Below, piece after piece: positions 28,707-38,196 of a DNA stretch of 64,000 nt. The stretch covers positions 832,001-896,000 of the forward strand of contig CAXXVL010000001.1 in assembly GCA_963667845.2 (NCBI GenBank), given 5' to 3'. Within the stretch, counting starts at the first letter, position 1; each line of letters starts with the position of its first letter. The stretch comes from Smithellaceae bacterium (lineage in GTDB: Bacteria; Desulfobacterota; Syntrophia; Syntrophales; Smithellaceae). A program made the position numbers and the translations under genes. Below the pieces are notes generated by a model. That model saw only the letters and a program-made list of their open reading frames with translations, searched no databases and had not been told where the DNA came from.

Positions 28707-29351
28707 TTAACGAACGATCATCCCTGTTTTTTGTAATATGTCTGCGGGGGTTATTGCGCCTAATCGCAGAATAACCGGTGGGTCCTGGGTTGCATCAACA
28801 ATTGTGGTTGACATTTGCCGGCCTGTTTCGCCGAGATCTACAACAGCATCGATTTTATCGCCGAGCTGGCGGATGACCTCGCCGGCATCCGCGCATTCCG
28901 GCTCGCCCGAGAGATTGGCGCTGGTCGCTGTCAGCGGTTTTCCCGCCATCTGAGCAATTTTCCGCGCCCCGCTGTGGCCCGAAAGCCTGATGCCGATTTT
29001 GCCGCTTCCGGCGGTGAGAAGCGGCGAAACACGGTCGGAAGCTTCAAAGACAATCGTCAGCGGACCCGGCCAGAAAGCGTCCGTGAGCTTGTGAGCGGCG
29101 TCCGCAACGCTCGCGACCAATGGATAGACGTCCTGGCGGTCGCCGATGATGACGGAGATGGGGTTATTAAAATTACGGCCTTTGATGTCGAAGAGCCGGC
29201 GGATGGCCCGCTCGTTTGTGGCGTCTGTGCCCAGGCCGTAAATCGTTTCGGTGGGATAGGCAATAACACCGCCGCCCGATACGATCGCGGCGGCGGCGTT
29301 GATGATGTCTTCTGCGGAATGATCCGCGTCGATTTTCAGAATTTGGGGCAT
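28707..29351 (-). CDS. tsaC: Threonylcarbamoyl-AMP synthase (YrdC/Sua5 family)
   Basis: YPTETIYGLG, IKGR, FWPGPLT, ATSANLSG, STTIVD. Confidence 0.93.
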   Translation of the reverse strand: MPQILKIDADHSAEDIINAAAAIVSGGGVIAYPTETIYGLGTDATNERAIRRLFDIKGRNFNNPISVIIGDRQDVYPLVASVADAAHKLTDAFWPGPLTIVFEASDRVSPLLTAGSGKIGIRLSGHSGARKIAQMAGKPLTATSANLSGEPECADAGEVIRQLGDKIDAVVDLGETGRQMSTTIVDATQDPPVILRLGAITPADILQKTGMIVR

Positions 29352-29388
29352 CAGTGGTTTTCCGGAGTTAAAAAGGATTCATTTTAAA

Positions 29389-29512
29389 ACTGCCCTGTAA
29401 ATAGACCGCCGGCAAGACGCCAGGTCCCCGGGGAGTGAGGTGTACTTTAAGCGTGCACCGCCCGAGACGAGGGAGTGGCGCAATGCTGCTTCCGGGCCGC
29501 CTACGGGATAGT
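29389..29512. repeat. Degenerate element related to family B
   Basis: CAAG.CG...GAGGTGTAC-N7-GTGCACC...GCGCAATGC parallels the reverse complement of 28488-28563 (CAAGGCG...GAGCGTAC...GTACG...GCGCAACGC); overlaps the purE stop. Confidence 0.45.
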
Positions 29513-30016
29513 CATATTTTTCTGCTTCTTCTCTACATCTTTGGCCATCTTTGCTACAAAAGAGGACAGCTTGGCGCAAAGGATTTTATCTTCCAGTGCC
29601 AGAAAACGGACGGCGAAAAGAGCCGCATTTTTTGCTCCGGCTTTGCCGACCGCCATCGTCGCCACGGGAATACCCCCCGGCATCTGTACGGTGGAGAGAA
29701 GGGCATCCAGGCCATGCAGGGACGTGGCGTCGATCGGAACGCCGATAACGGGCAGAAGCGTTTGCGAGGCGATCACGCCGGCAAGATGTGCCGCGGCGCC
29801 CGCGCCGACGATGATGATTTTTACGCCGCGGGAAGCGGCGGTTTTGGCGAACTTCGTTGTTCTCTCCGGCGTGCGGTGTGCGGAGGTCAGAATCAGTTCG
29901 TAGCCGATGCCGAATTCGTCCAGGATTTTTGCCGCTTCCGTCATGACCGGTAAATCGGAATCGCTGCCCATTACAACGCTGACTTGCACATCCGTCTTAG
30001 CGCTTTTGGCTTTCAT
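29501..30016 (-). CDS. purE: N5-CAIR mutase / AIR carboxylase
   Basis: VMGSDSD, SAHRTP, AGAAAHLAG, PVIGVP, GLDALLSTVQMPGGIPVAT; ATG 30016 with GGAG RBS. Confidence 0.96.
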   Translation of the reverse strand: MKAKSAKTDVQVSVVMGSDSDLPVMTEAAKILDEFGIGYELILTSAHRTPERTTKFAKTAASRGVKIIIVGAGAAAHLAGVIASQTLLPVIGVPIDATSLHGLDALLSTVQMPGGIPVATMAVGKAGAKNAALFAVRFLALEDKILCAKLSSFVAKMAKDVEKKQKNMTIP

Positions 30017-30122
30017 GCATGCTCCTTCCAGGGTTGAAATGACGAACACCGCTATTTGTCTGCCGTGTAGATTTGACCGTCCCTTAACGCATCGGGTCGC
30101 GATTTGCAAGATGGTTTTTACC

Positions 30123-30151
30123 TTGACATGTCGTGAGATAGTCTTTAGACT
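30123..30151 (+). promoter_or_regulatory. Sigma70-type promoter of the cyclophilin gene
   Basis: TTGACA-N17-TAGACT, overlapped by GTCGTGA...TCACGAC inverted repeat. Confidence 0.6.
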
Positions 30152-30180
30152 TTCACGACCTATCCTTGAAGGAGATACTG

Positions 30181-30723
30181 ATGAAAAATAAACTTACTGC
30201 CGTGATTGAAACCGATAAAGGCACCATCCGTCTCAAATTATTTGCCGATCAGACGCCCCTGACCGTGGGCAATTTCGTGAACCTTGCCTCGCGCGGTTTT
30301 TACAACAATCTGAAATTCCATCGCGTCATCCCTGATTTTATGATCCAGGGCGGATGTCCGGCAGGCGACGGCCGCGGCGGACCCGGTTACAAATTTCAGG
30401 ACGAATTCGTCAAAGAACTGCGCCATAGCAAGCCCGGTATTTTGTCCATGGCCAACGCCGGACCCGGCTCCAACGGCAGCCAGTTCTTTGTCACCCATGT
30501 ACCCACCCCGTGGCTTGACGGCAAGCATACGGTCTTCGGCGAGGTCGAAAGCGACAGCGATCAGAGCGTCGTGAACCAGATTGCGCAGGGCGATAAGATT
30601 CATTCGATCACGATCGAAGGGGATGCTTCGGAGCTGATGGAGAGCATCAAGCCTATGGTGGATAAATGGAACGCCGCGCTGGATGCGAGTTTTCCCAAAT
30701 TGTCCAAAGCTGCCAAATCATAA
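30181..30723 (+). CDS. Cyclophilin-type peptidyl-prolyl isomerase
   Basis: [43 protein letters not shown] 30181 with GGAG. Confidence 0.96.
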   Translation: MKNKLTAVIETDKGTIRLKLFADQTPLTVGNFVNLASRGFYNNLKFHRVIPDFMIQGGCPAGDGRGGPGYKFQDEFVKELRHSKPGILSMANAGPGSNGSQFFVTHVPTPWLDGKHTVFGEVESDSDQSVVNQIAQGDKIHSITIEGDASELMESIKPMVDKWNAALDASFPKLSKAAKS

Positions 30724-30744
30724 AAGCGTGATAGAGAACAAATC

Positions 30745-31788
30745 GTGAGACCCGTACAAGTAACTCCGGACCGGATGGTGGAGGATGACGGATCAATCCA
30801 TTTCGGCATTTTCCGTACGCCGTTCAAAACCGCTAATATTCTGGACGCTCCGCTTTATGCGGTGCCGGCTCCCCGCGCCTGGAAAAATTTCCGGTTGAAG
30901 GAATGGCAGCACTTCGGCATCATCACGCCGACGCATTATTTCGGTATGGTGATTTTTGACGCCAAATTCACTGCGGCGTCTTTTTTTTATGCCTATGACC
31001 GGCTGCAAAGCAGCCGGTTCGAGCACAGCCGCCAGGAAAACACAAAAGCCGTGCACATCGCCTCTCAGCTCTATGATGATACTTGCCGTTTTGACGTGAA
31101 CGGTTATCACCTGCGTTTTGAAAACAAGCTTGCGCTGGGCATCCACCGGATCATCATTGAGATGGACGGCGACGCCGACCACCCCGCCGTTCAGGGTGAT
31201 ATAACGGTTCACGAAGATTTGAACATCATCGAACCGCTGGTGCAGGTCTCCCCGATAACCCGCACCCGCCCGCTTTATACGCATAAGGCCGCGGCGCCCG
31301 CATCGGGCAGCCTGGTGATCGGCTCGCAGGAAATCGTCCTCGACCGCGGGAACACGATCGCCTTGATGGATGAACAAAAAACGTACTACCCGTATTTCAG
31401 TTTCTGGAAATGGGCCATGGGCGCCGGTTACAGTGATGACGGAAAGCTCTGCGCATTCAACCTCTGTAAGAATATGATTACCGATGATGAAGATGCAAAC
31501 GAGAACTGCTTTTGGATGGACGGGAAAATCACCTGTCTTGGGGCTGCGCAGTTTCAGTTCAGCGACGTTCTGAAGCCCTGGACCATGAAGACAGCGGACG
31601 AAAAATTGAATTTATATTTCGATCCGGCAGGCGAAAGAGCTGAAAAAATAAATATCGCCATCATTATCCGTTCCGACTTTCATCAGCCCTTCGGCCTGTT
31701 TAACGGCCGTTTCAGGGACGACGGCGGTGTCACCTACGAGGTGAAAGATCTTTTCGGTCTGGCTGAACATCACGTGACAAGATACTAG
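30745..31788 (+). CDS. DUF2804 family protein
   Basis: RLKEWQHF, YTHK, W.WA, NEN..W.DG, PW, F.QPFG.F.G, G.AE.H. Confidence 0.75.
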   Translation: MRPVQVTPDRMVEDDGSIHFGIFRTPFKTANILDAPLYAVPAPRAWKNFRLKEWQHFGIITPTHYFGMVIFDAKFTAASFFYAYDRLQSSRFEHSRQENTKAVHIASQLYDDTCRFDVNGYHLRFENKLALGIHRIIIEMDGDADHPAVQGDITVHEDLNIIEPLVQVSPITRTRPLYTHKAAAPASGSLVIGSQEIVLDRGNTIALMDEQKTYYPYFSFWKWAMGAGYSDDGKLCAFNLCKNMITDDEDANENCFWMDGKITCLGAAQFQFSDVLKPWTMKTADEKLNLYFDPAGERAEKINIAIIIRSDFHQPFGLFNGRFRDDGGVTYEVKDLFGLAEHHVTRY

Positions 31789-31867
31789 CAGCTGAAAGCC
31801 TCCGCTTCCGTTTGCGGATCTCCGCGTCAGGGTCTGCATGAGCCGCTGAAGTGCGAAGAAGGAAAAG

Positions 31868-32698
31868 GTGAAGTGCTTGAGCGAGAAGACTCCTCTCCAC
31901 TGTGAATCATCCGGCAACGGAAACCTGCCCGTTGTGCTCGTACACGGCTATAGTATGTCGTCCGCCGTCTGGGAAAAAGTGATGCCGCTGTTTCCGGCCT
32001 CCTACCGGCTGTATGCGATCGATCTCAAGGGATTCGGGCGCTCGAATAAGCCGGAAACCGGATACAGTTGTCAGGAACTGGCGGACGATATCCGGAAATT
32101 CATGGACGATTCCGGCCTGCCGCGGGCCGTTTTGATCGGACACTCCTTTGGCAGCCTGGTGCTCCAGCATTTCGCCGCAACTTATCCGGAACGCGTCAGA
32201 GCGCTGGTCCTCTGTAACGCGCAGGCGGCGGCGCTCCCGCCAAAAGGGCTTTCGCCGCTTGTTGAAGAGCGCCTGAAGGGGTACGGGTCCTTAGAAGACA
32301 ATCGAAAAGTCTTTTCCGCCAACATGCACCGTTATTTTGACGCCGCCAATGTGTCTCGGGCGGATATCGACCGATTCATCGGGATCGGTCTGCAGGCCGG
32401 CACAGCCGCCCTTCGCGGCGCGCTCGTGGCCAATTACACGACCCCGGCCATTGCGGTCGAAGACCTTGCGGCCGTCCGGGCGCCCGTTCTGATCATTGTG
32501 GCAACGCACGATCCGTTCGGCACGTTTGATCAGGCCGTGGCGATGAGCGATTCTTTTCCGGTGAGTCGCATCGCGGTCATCGAACACTGCGGTCACAACC
32601 CGATGTGGGAGCGACCCGCCGAGTTTATGCAGGTATTGACATCATTCCTGGAAAATTCGGGATGTGAGAAAGAGGACCAGGGGACCGGATCGTTTTGA
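31868..32698 (+). CDS. Alpha/beta hydrolase
   Basis: VHG, DLKGFGRS, GHSFG nucleophile, HDP, CGH. Confidence 0.9.
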   Translation: MKCLSEKTPLHCESSGNGNLPVVLVHGYSMSSAVWEKVMPLFPASYRLYAIDLKGFGRSNKPETGYSCQELADDIRKFMDDSGLPRAVLIGHSFGSLVLQHFAATYPERVRALVLCNAQAAALPPKGLSPLVEERLKGYGSLEDNRKVFSANMHRYFDAANVSRADIDRFIGIGLQAGTAALRGALVANYTTPAIAVEDLAAVRAPVLIIVATHDPFGTFDQAVAMSDSFPVSRIAVIEHCGHNPMWERPAEFMQVLTSFLENSGCEKEDQGTGSF

Positions 32699-32882
32699 TC
32701 GGGCCGGATCCCTCCGCAAAGAAACCGACAAACTGAACATTGCCATCCCCTGAGGAGTTCGTCGGCCCGGCCGGACATCGCCTGACGGGATATGAGATTG
32801 AAGACCGATCTTCAACCGTATTCAACATAAATCATCAATCTCCTGTATTTTGCTGGGAAATCAAGATTCCGCCCGAATCCAG

Positions 32883-32911
32883 TTGACAGACGAATCTTCT
32901 CTTCATATACT
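32883..32911 (+). promoter_or_regulatory. Sigma70-type promoter of the IMP cyclohydrolase-purH operon
   Basis: TTGACA-N17-TATACT, ~47 nt upstream of the ATG. Confidence 0.7.
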
Positions 32912-32958
32912 CGCGCCACAAAAATTTAATGCCTTATTCATAACAGGGAGAAACTTAA

Positions 32959-33690
32959 ATGAAAGCCAACTTATACCAGTATCTGGCCGGAAATGAATAT
33001 CCGGGCCGCGGCATCTGCCTGGGAATTGCCCCGAGCGGTAAAAAAGCGATGATCGCTTATTTTATCATGGGCCGCAGCACAAACAGCCGCAACCGCGTGT
33101 TTGACCCGATTGACGGCGGCATCCGCACCATGGCGGCCGACCCTTCCAAGATGACCGATCCGCATCTGATTATTTACAACCCCGTCCTGACGCTTAACAA
33201 CACGACGATCGTGACCAACGGCGACCAGACCGACACCATCCGCGATTTTATGGCCGCGAACAAGTTTCCCGGCTACGGCTTTGAAGCCGCGCTCGCGACC
33301 CGCACTTTTGAGGACGACAAACCCAACTGGACGCCCCGCATTTCCGGTGTGGCGGATGTGCAGACGGGCGGCTATAAGCTCAGTATTTTAAAAAGCGACG
33401 ACGGCAATGAGACGAGCGTCGAACGATTTACTTTCAGCTATCCTGCGCCGCTTTCCGGTTCAGGGCATTTTATCAGCACTTACAGGTGCAACGGCAATCC
33501 GATTCCGAGTTTCGCAGGCGAGCCGCTCGGCGTTACCGTGGACGAGGAAGACCCCAATGAATACGCAGGCAAATTGTGGGAAGCCCTGAATGAAGACAAC
33601 AAGGTAAGCCTGTTTGTGCGCGCCATCGACCTTAAGACCCGGGCGTATGAAGACGTCATCATCAACAAATACAAAACGGTGGAGGGATAA
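32959..33690 (+). CDS. Stand-alone IMP cyclohydrolase (PurO-like Ntn fold, bacterial type)
   Basis: YPGRGI, YFIMGRS.NSRNR, DP.LIIY, IVTNGDQTD, E.D.PN.TPRISG. Confidence 0.88.
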   Translation: MKANLYQYLAGNEYPGRGICLGIAPSGKKAMIAYFIMGRSTNSRNRVFDPIDGGIRTMAADPSKMTDPHLIIYNPVLTLNNTTIVTNGDQTDTIRDFMAANKFPGYGFEAALATRTFEDDKPNWTPRISGVADVQTGGYKLSILKSDDGNETSVERFTFSYPAPLSGSGHFISTYRCNGNPIPSFAGEPLGVTVDEEDPNEYAGKLWEALNEDNKVSLFVRAIDLKTRAYEDVIINKYKTVEG

Positions 33691-33693
33691 TCC

Positions 33694-34872
33694 ATGAACG
33701 AAATCGCATTGAAATACGGTTGCAACCCCAACCAGAAACCGGCCCGGATCTTCATGGCGGACGGCGGCAATCTGCCGGTAAAGGTGCAAAACGGCAAACC
33801 CGGTTACATCAACTTTTTGGATGCGCTCAACAGCTGGCAGCTGGTGAAGGAACTGAAGGAAAATACCGGGATGGTTGCCGCAACGTCCTTTAAGCATGTT
33901 TCGCCCGCAGGCGCAGCCCTGGGCATTCCCTTGGACGACGTCCTGCGCAAAATGTATCACATCGACGCCGGAACGCAGCTTTCTGCGCTGGCCTGTGCGT
34001 ATGCCCGCGCCCGCGGCGCCGACCGGATGAGCAGCTTTGGCGACTGGATCGCGCTTTCCGATGTATGCGACGTTCCCACAGCAAAGATTATCAAGAATGA
34101 GGTCACCGACGGCATCATCGCCCCGGGGTATGAGCCCGAGGCTTTGGAAATTCTGAAGTCCAAAAAAGGCGGCAACTACAATGTCGTTGTCATTGATCCC
34201 GACTATGTACCAACACCCATTGAGCACAAGCAGGTGTTCGGTATTACCTTCGAGCAGGGCCGTAACAATGTGAAGATTGACAACCAGATGCTCGAAAACA
34301 TGGTGACCGAGAAGAAGACGCTGACGGACGCACAAAAGCGCGATCTGGTGCTCAGCCTGATTACCCTTAAATACACTCAGTCCAATAGTGTCTGTTACGT
34401 GCAGGACGGCCAGGTCATCGGCGTCGGTGCGGGTCAGCAGAGCCGCATCCACTGTACGCGGCTCGCCGGTCAGAAAGCGGACAACTGGCAGCTGCGTCAT
34501 ATGCCCAAGGTACTGGATCTGCCTTTCCGCGACGATGTCTCCAAACCGAACCGCGACAACGCAATTGATGTCTACCTGGGCGATACGCCGGACGATGTCA
34601 TCGGTGATAACGTCTGGGCCGAAACCTTTACCCGCCGGCCCGAGCCTCTGACTGCAGCCGAGAAGAAGGCCTGGCTCGGCAAAGTGACCGGTGTTGCCTT
34701 AGGCAGCGACGCTTTCTTCCCCTTCGGCGATAACATCGAGCGCGCGCACCGCAGCGGCGTGACCGCCATCGTCGAAGCCGGCGGTTCCATCCGCGACCAG
34801 CAGGTGATTGATACCTGCAACAAATACGGCATTGCCATGGCGTTCTGCGGTCTGCGCTTCTTCCATCATTAG
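33694..34872 (+). CDS. purH: AICAR formyltransferase lacking the N-terminal IMPCH domain (split PurH)
   Basis: Starts directly at LKYGCNPNQ; GYIN.LDALN, SFKHVSPAG, KYTQSNSV, GAGQQSRIHCT, SDAFFPF.DN, GGSIRD, RFFHH. Confidence 0.93.
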   Translation: MNEIALKYGCNPNQKPARIFMADGGNLPVKVQNGKPGYINFLDALNSWQLVKELKENTGMVAATSFKHVSPAGAALGIPLDDVLRKMYHIDAGTQLSALACAYARARGADRMSSFGDWIALSDVCDVPTAKIIKNEVTDGIIAPGYEPEALEILKSKKGGNYNVVVIDPDYVPTPIEHKQVFGITFEQGRNNVKIDNQMLENMVTEKKTLTDAQKRDLVLSLITLKYTQSNSVCYVQDGQVIGVGAGQQSRIHCTRLAGQKADNWQLRHMPKVLDLPFRDDVSKPNRDNAIDVYLGDTPDDVIGDNVWAETFTRRPEPLTAAEKKAWLGKVTGVALGSDAFFPFGDNIERAHRSGVTAIVEAGGSIRDQQVIDTCNKYGIAMAFCGLRFFHH

Positions 34873-34970
34873 CAATAGGCTCGTCGATTGATGGGCTGTA
34901 GGCTGTCAGGGAAGGGACGGAAACACACTTTGGGTTGCAGGCTGTCGGGTAAGGAACAAAGGGACCCGTT

Positions 34971-35005
34971 AATGGATCAAGTTATTTTGACTTGATCCAT
35001 TTTTT
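34971..35005 (+). terminator. Rho-independent terminator after purH
   Basis: AATGGATCAAGT/ACTTGATCCATT stem followed by a T-run. Confidence 0.7.
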
Positions 35006-35101
35006 AATCCCGCTCACGCCCGACGAGCGTTAATTCTCCATAGCTTGCTGGTAATAATGAAGCTCATTTCATACTCGACAGTTTGCTGCGAGGTGATTGA
35101 T
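35004..35101 (+). repeat. Dispersed repeat family A, full copy
   Basis: Colinear with the reverse complement of 63631-63728 over ~98 bp. Confidence 0.85.
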
Positions 35102-35393
35102 AGGAGCGGCGTTTATTGCGGATTTCCCGGCTGTACGACTTCCGATTATCTGCCGGCCATCGCTTGCCGGGGTGGGGACGTGGTCGGCCACCTAAATTCT
35201 TCTGTGAAACTTCTCGTGCAAGTGATATCCCTGATGCCGGATCGGGAATCGAAAGCCCGAGAGCTATGGCCTGCCTGTTAAGAGATCGTGCAAGCCCGGC
35301 GTGACCGTTACCGAATGCTCAACAAACGTGATGCTGCGGGGCGGTCACTGCCCATCGAAGCCGGCTCCTTTCCCGCGTGAGCAACATTGAGGA

Positions 35394-37388
35394 ATGATGA
35401 AACGTATGAGACCTGCAAAACGAATCCTCGTCCTACTGGGACTTCTCTTTTTCCTGTATCCCGTCACGGCAGTTACGGGCCAGGAGAAAATGGCGACTTA
35501 TCCCCCCTTCGCGCCGGGTTATAGCTCAATCAAGGTTTTCGACAGCCAGTCGCGTTTTGTGGGCCGGATTCTGCCCGAGAAACGATATTGGGTTGACATC
35601 GACCACATCCCCGTCTTCCTGCAAAATGCCCTGGTGGCCATCGAAGACGCCCGTTTCTATCAACACAGAGGAATCGATGTGCGCGGCATCACCCGAGCCC
35701 TCGTCAAAGATGTCATGAAAGGGAGAATGGCCGAAGGCGGCTCAACGATCACCCAGCAGTTGATCAAGAACAAATACTTTTCCAACGAAAAAACCCTTAA
35801 ACGAAAGTTCAAGGAAGGCATCCTGGCCGTCGAATACGAAGGCAAATATACCAAGAAGCAGATTCTGGAGATGTATTTCAATGAAGTCTACTTCGGGAAC
35901 GGGGCCTGGGGCCTCGTTCAGGCCGCCAGGCTCTATTTCGACAAGAGCCCGCCCCAATTAACCGAAGCAGAGTGCGCTCTTCTGGCGGGCATTCCCAAGG
36001 CCCCGACGCGCTATAACCCTCTGGGGAATTATCCGGCCGCCCGCGACCGGAAGAATCTTATCCTTAAACGCATGGTCGAACTCAAGATGATTACCGCCGG
36101 CCGTGCAAAACGGCTGAAGGGTCAGCGCATCGTCTTGCTGCGATCCGATGAAGCTCCCTATTACCTTTCCCATATCCGCAGCAAACTGATCGAACGCTAT
36201 GGATCCGAAATAATCGAGATGGGGGGACTCGACGTCATTGCGGCCATGGATCTGAACCTGCAGCGGCTCGCGGAAAGGGTTCTGAAAGAAGGTGTCCGAC
36301 GGGTCTCTCCAAAACTTCAGGGCGCATTGGTATCCCTGGACCCGTCGACCGGCGATGTCCTCGCGGTGGTTGGCGGGACAGACTTCAAACTGAGCGCTTA
36401 TAACCGGGCTTTTTTCGCTAAACGCCAACCCGGATCAGCCATCAAGCCCCTGATTTATGCCGCGGCTCTGGAAAAGGGCATCACTGCCGGCAGCATCTGG
36501 AATGACGACCCCGTCGCCTACACCCGCAGTGATCACGAAACCTGGAAGCCCCGCAATTACGGCAACCGGCATTACGGAAATCTGTCCCTGAGGCAGGCGC
36601 TGGCCTATTCGAACAACGTCATCACGGTCAAATTGCTGGAGGATATCGGCGTCCCGGATTTTGTTCACTTTGCCGGAAAACTGGGACTTCCTCTGCGCGA
36701 GCCCAATGATCTTTCCCTGGCCCTGGGAACCGATGAGGTTACCTTAAGTGAACTGATGCTGGCCTACTGCCCGTTGGCCGCAGGCGGCGTGCGTCCCGAA
36801 CCCAGGACCATCATCCGCATTTATGACCGGGGGCGAAGTATGTGGACGGAGATTCCGCCCATGACAAACCCGGTTCTGTCGCCGGCTGTCGCCTATGTCA
36901 CGACCTCGATGCTCAAGGACGTCCTTATTTACGGGACTGCCAAATCATTGAAGGGATTCAGCCAGGTGCGCCCGGCTGCGGGGAAAACCGGGACCACCGA
37001 TGATTACCGGGATGCCTGGTTCATTGGTTATACGCCCCAGATGATTACGGGTATCTGGACCGGCTACGATAAACCCACCCCCATGGGGGCAGGCTTCACC
37101 GGAGGGGCGATCTGTGCGCCGATCTGGGGAGAATTCATGCGCCAGGCCCTGGCCGCCAGACCGGCGATGGATTTTTCGAAGCCCGATTCGGTCGTGTCCG
37201 TCCTGATCGATCCGGAGACGGGTGATCTGGCCACTCCGGACTGTCCGGCAAGTCGCGAGGAATTCTACGTTGCCGGGACTGAACCGACTGTGTATTGCCC
37301 AAAACATGCGAAACCCGGTCTGCCGCCGGTTACGCCGGTTCCTGATCGGCCGGCGGGTGACCACTCCCTTCCGGCCGATCAGGAATAG
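35394..37388 (+). CDS. Class A penicillin-binding protein (PBP1A family)
   Basis: EDARFYQHRG, GGSTITQQL.KN; transpeptidase motifs S.IK (PGSAIK), SNN, KTGTT. Confidence 0.95.
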   Translation: MMKRMRPAKRILVLLGLLFFLYPVTAVTGQEKMATYPPFAPGYSSIKVFDSQSRFVGRILPEKRYWVDIDHIPVFLQNALVAIEDARFYQHRGIDVRGITRALVKDVMKGRMAEGGSTITQQLIKNKYFSNEKTLKRKFKEGILAVEYEGKYTKKQILEMYFNEVYFGNGAWGLVQAARLYFDKSPPQLTEAECALLAGIPKAPTRYNPLGNYPAARDRKNLILKRMVELKMITAGRAKRLKGQRIVLLRSDEAPYYLSHIRSKLIERYGSEIIEMGGLDVIAAMDLNLQRLAERVLKEGVRRVSPKLQGALVSLDPSTGDVLAVVGGTDFKLSAYNRAFFAKRQPGSAIKPLIYAAALEKGITAGSIWNDDPVAYTRSDHETWKPRNYGNRHYGNLSLRQALAYSNNVITVKLLEDIGVPDFVHFAGKLGLPLREPNDLSLALGTDEVTLSELMLAYCPLAAGGVRPEPRTIIRIYDRGRSMWTEIPPMTNPVLSPAVAYVTTSMLKDVLIYGTAKSLKGFSQVRPAAGKTGTTDDYRDAWFIGYTPQMITGIWTGYDKPTPMGAGFTGGAICAPIWGEFMRQALAARPAMDFSKPDSVVSVLIDPETGDLATPDCPASREEFYVAGTEPTVYCPKHAKPGLPPVTPVPDRPAGDHSLPADQE

Positions 37389-37527
37389 TTGAAATACGCG
37401 ATCCGTTTCGAGCGAGCACTTCCCGGGGACGGTCTTCAATTACCATAGAATCCCAACTCAACCTATGCTACGAAGTGAGGCGGGAAGCAGGTTGCCGCTT
37501 CCTTGATTGAGCAAGTGAGGGAAAAAT

Positions 37528-38196
37528 ATGATCAGAACGGTGTGGATCGTTTTAATGCTCTGTGTCGCTGTGACGGTTGGAGCCGAACCGTTGTCTTCCC
37601 GCGATATTGCTTCCGGACCCGGCGGCCGGATCAAGACATTAAAGACGGCCGAATGGGAAGGCGAGTGGGTGTCCGTTTCCTCGCAGGTCGATTATCTCAC
37701 CCGTCAGGGAGTCTTTGAAAAGGCGGCTCGCGAAAGCGGAGCTTCCGCAGGCGACATCAAACGGGCATTTCTTGCGCGATTCAGTTCCGACGTGGGAAGA
37801 GTCAGGGTTCACGAGGGACGTTTCATCTTTCTGTCGACCGACGGTGCGACCGTCCTCGGCGTTGCTCAATATACCTATGGCGGATTTGTGGAAAAGATGA
37901 GCGAGACGCGGGAAATTCAATGGCACCGGTTCACGCTCGCCTATGGTTTCGGCAGGTATCCGGTTCTGATCTTGTCGGAGCCGTATGGAGTTTTGGGACA
38001 ATGGCTTCTCGTTCAGGGAGATTCGGCTGCCGGGGCAAAGACCGGCCCCTGCAATGCCGGGAAGAAACAGGCCATGATGATTCCCGCAGACCTCGCAGGC
38101 GAAGCGATCGGCGACGCCCTGGACACTCCCGAGTTTGTGTCTTTTCTCCTATCGCTTGCGATTCCCGAAAAAAATGAAGGGGGAAGGAAACCGTGA
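37528..38196 (+). CDS. Secreted protein, degenerate ZinT/AdcA-C-like
   Basis: Signal peptide; EWEGEWVSV, SDVGRVRV..G.F.F, YTYGG resemble ZinT segments; the His-ligand region is not conserved. Confidence 0.45.
   Translation: MIRTVWIVLMLCVAVTVGAEPLSSRDIASGPGGRIKTLKTAEWEGEWVSVSSQVDYLTRQGVFEKAARESGASAGDIKRAFLARFSSDVGRVRVHEGRFIFLSTDGATVLGVAQYTYGGFVEKMSETREIQWHRFTLAYGFGRYPVLILSEPYGVLGQWLLVQGDSAAGAKTGPCNAGKKQAMMIPADLAGEAIGDALDTPEFVSFLLSLAIPEKNEGGRKP

Noticed and set aside
34893..34957. Two imperfect 26-bp direct repeats after purH
   Set aside because: Only two degenerate copies; not enough to call an array.
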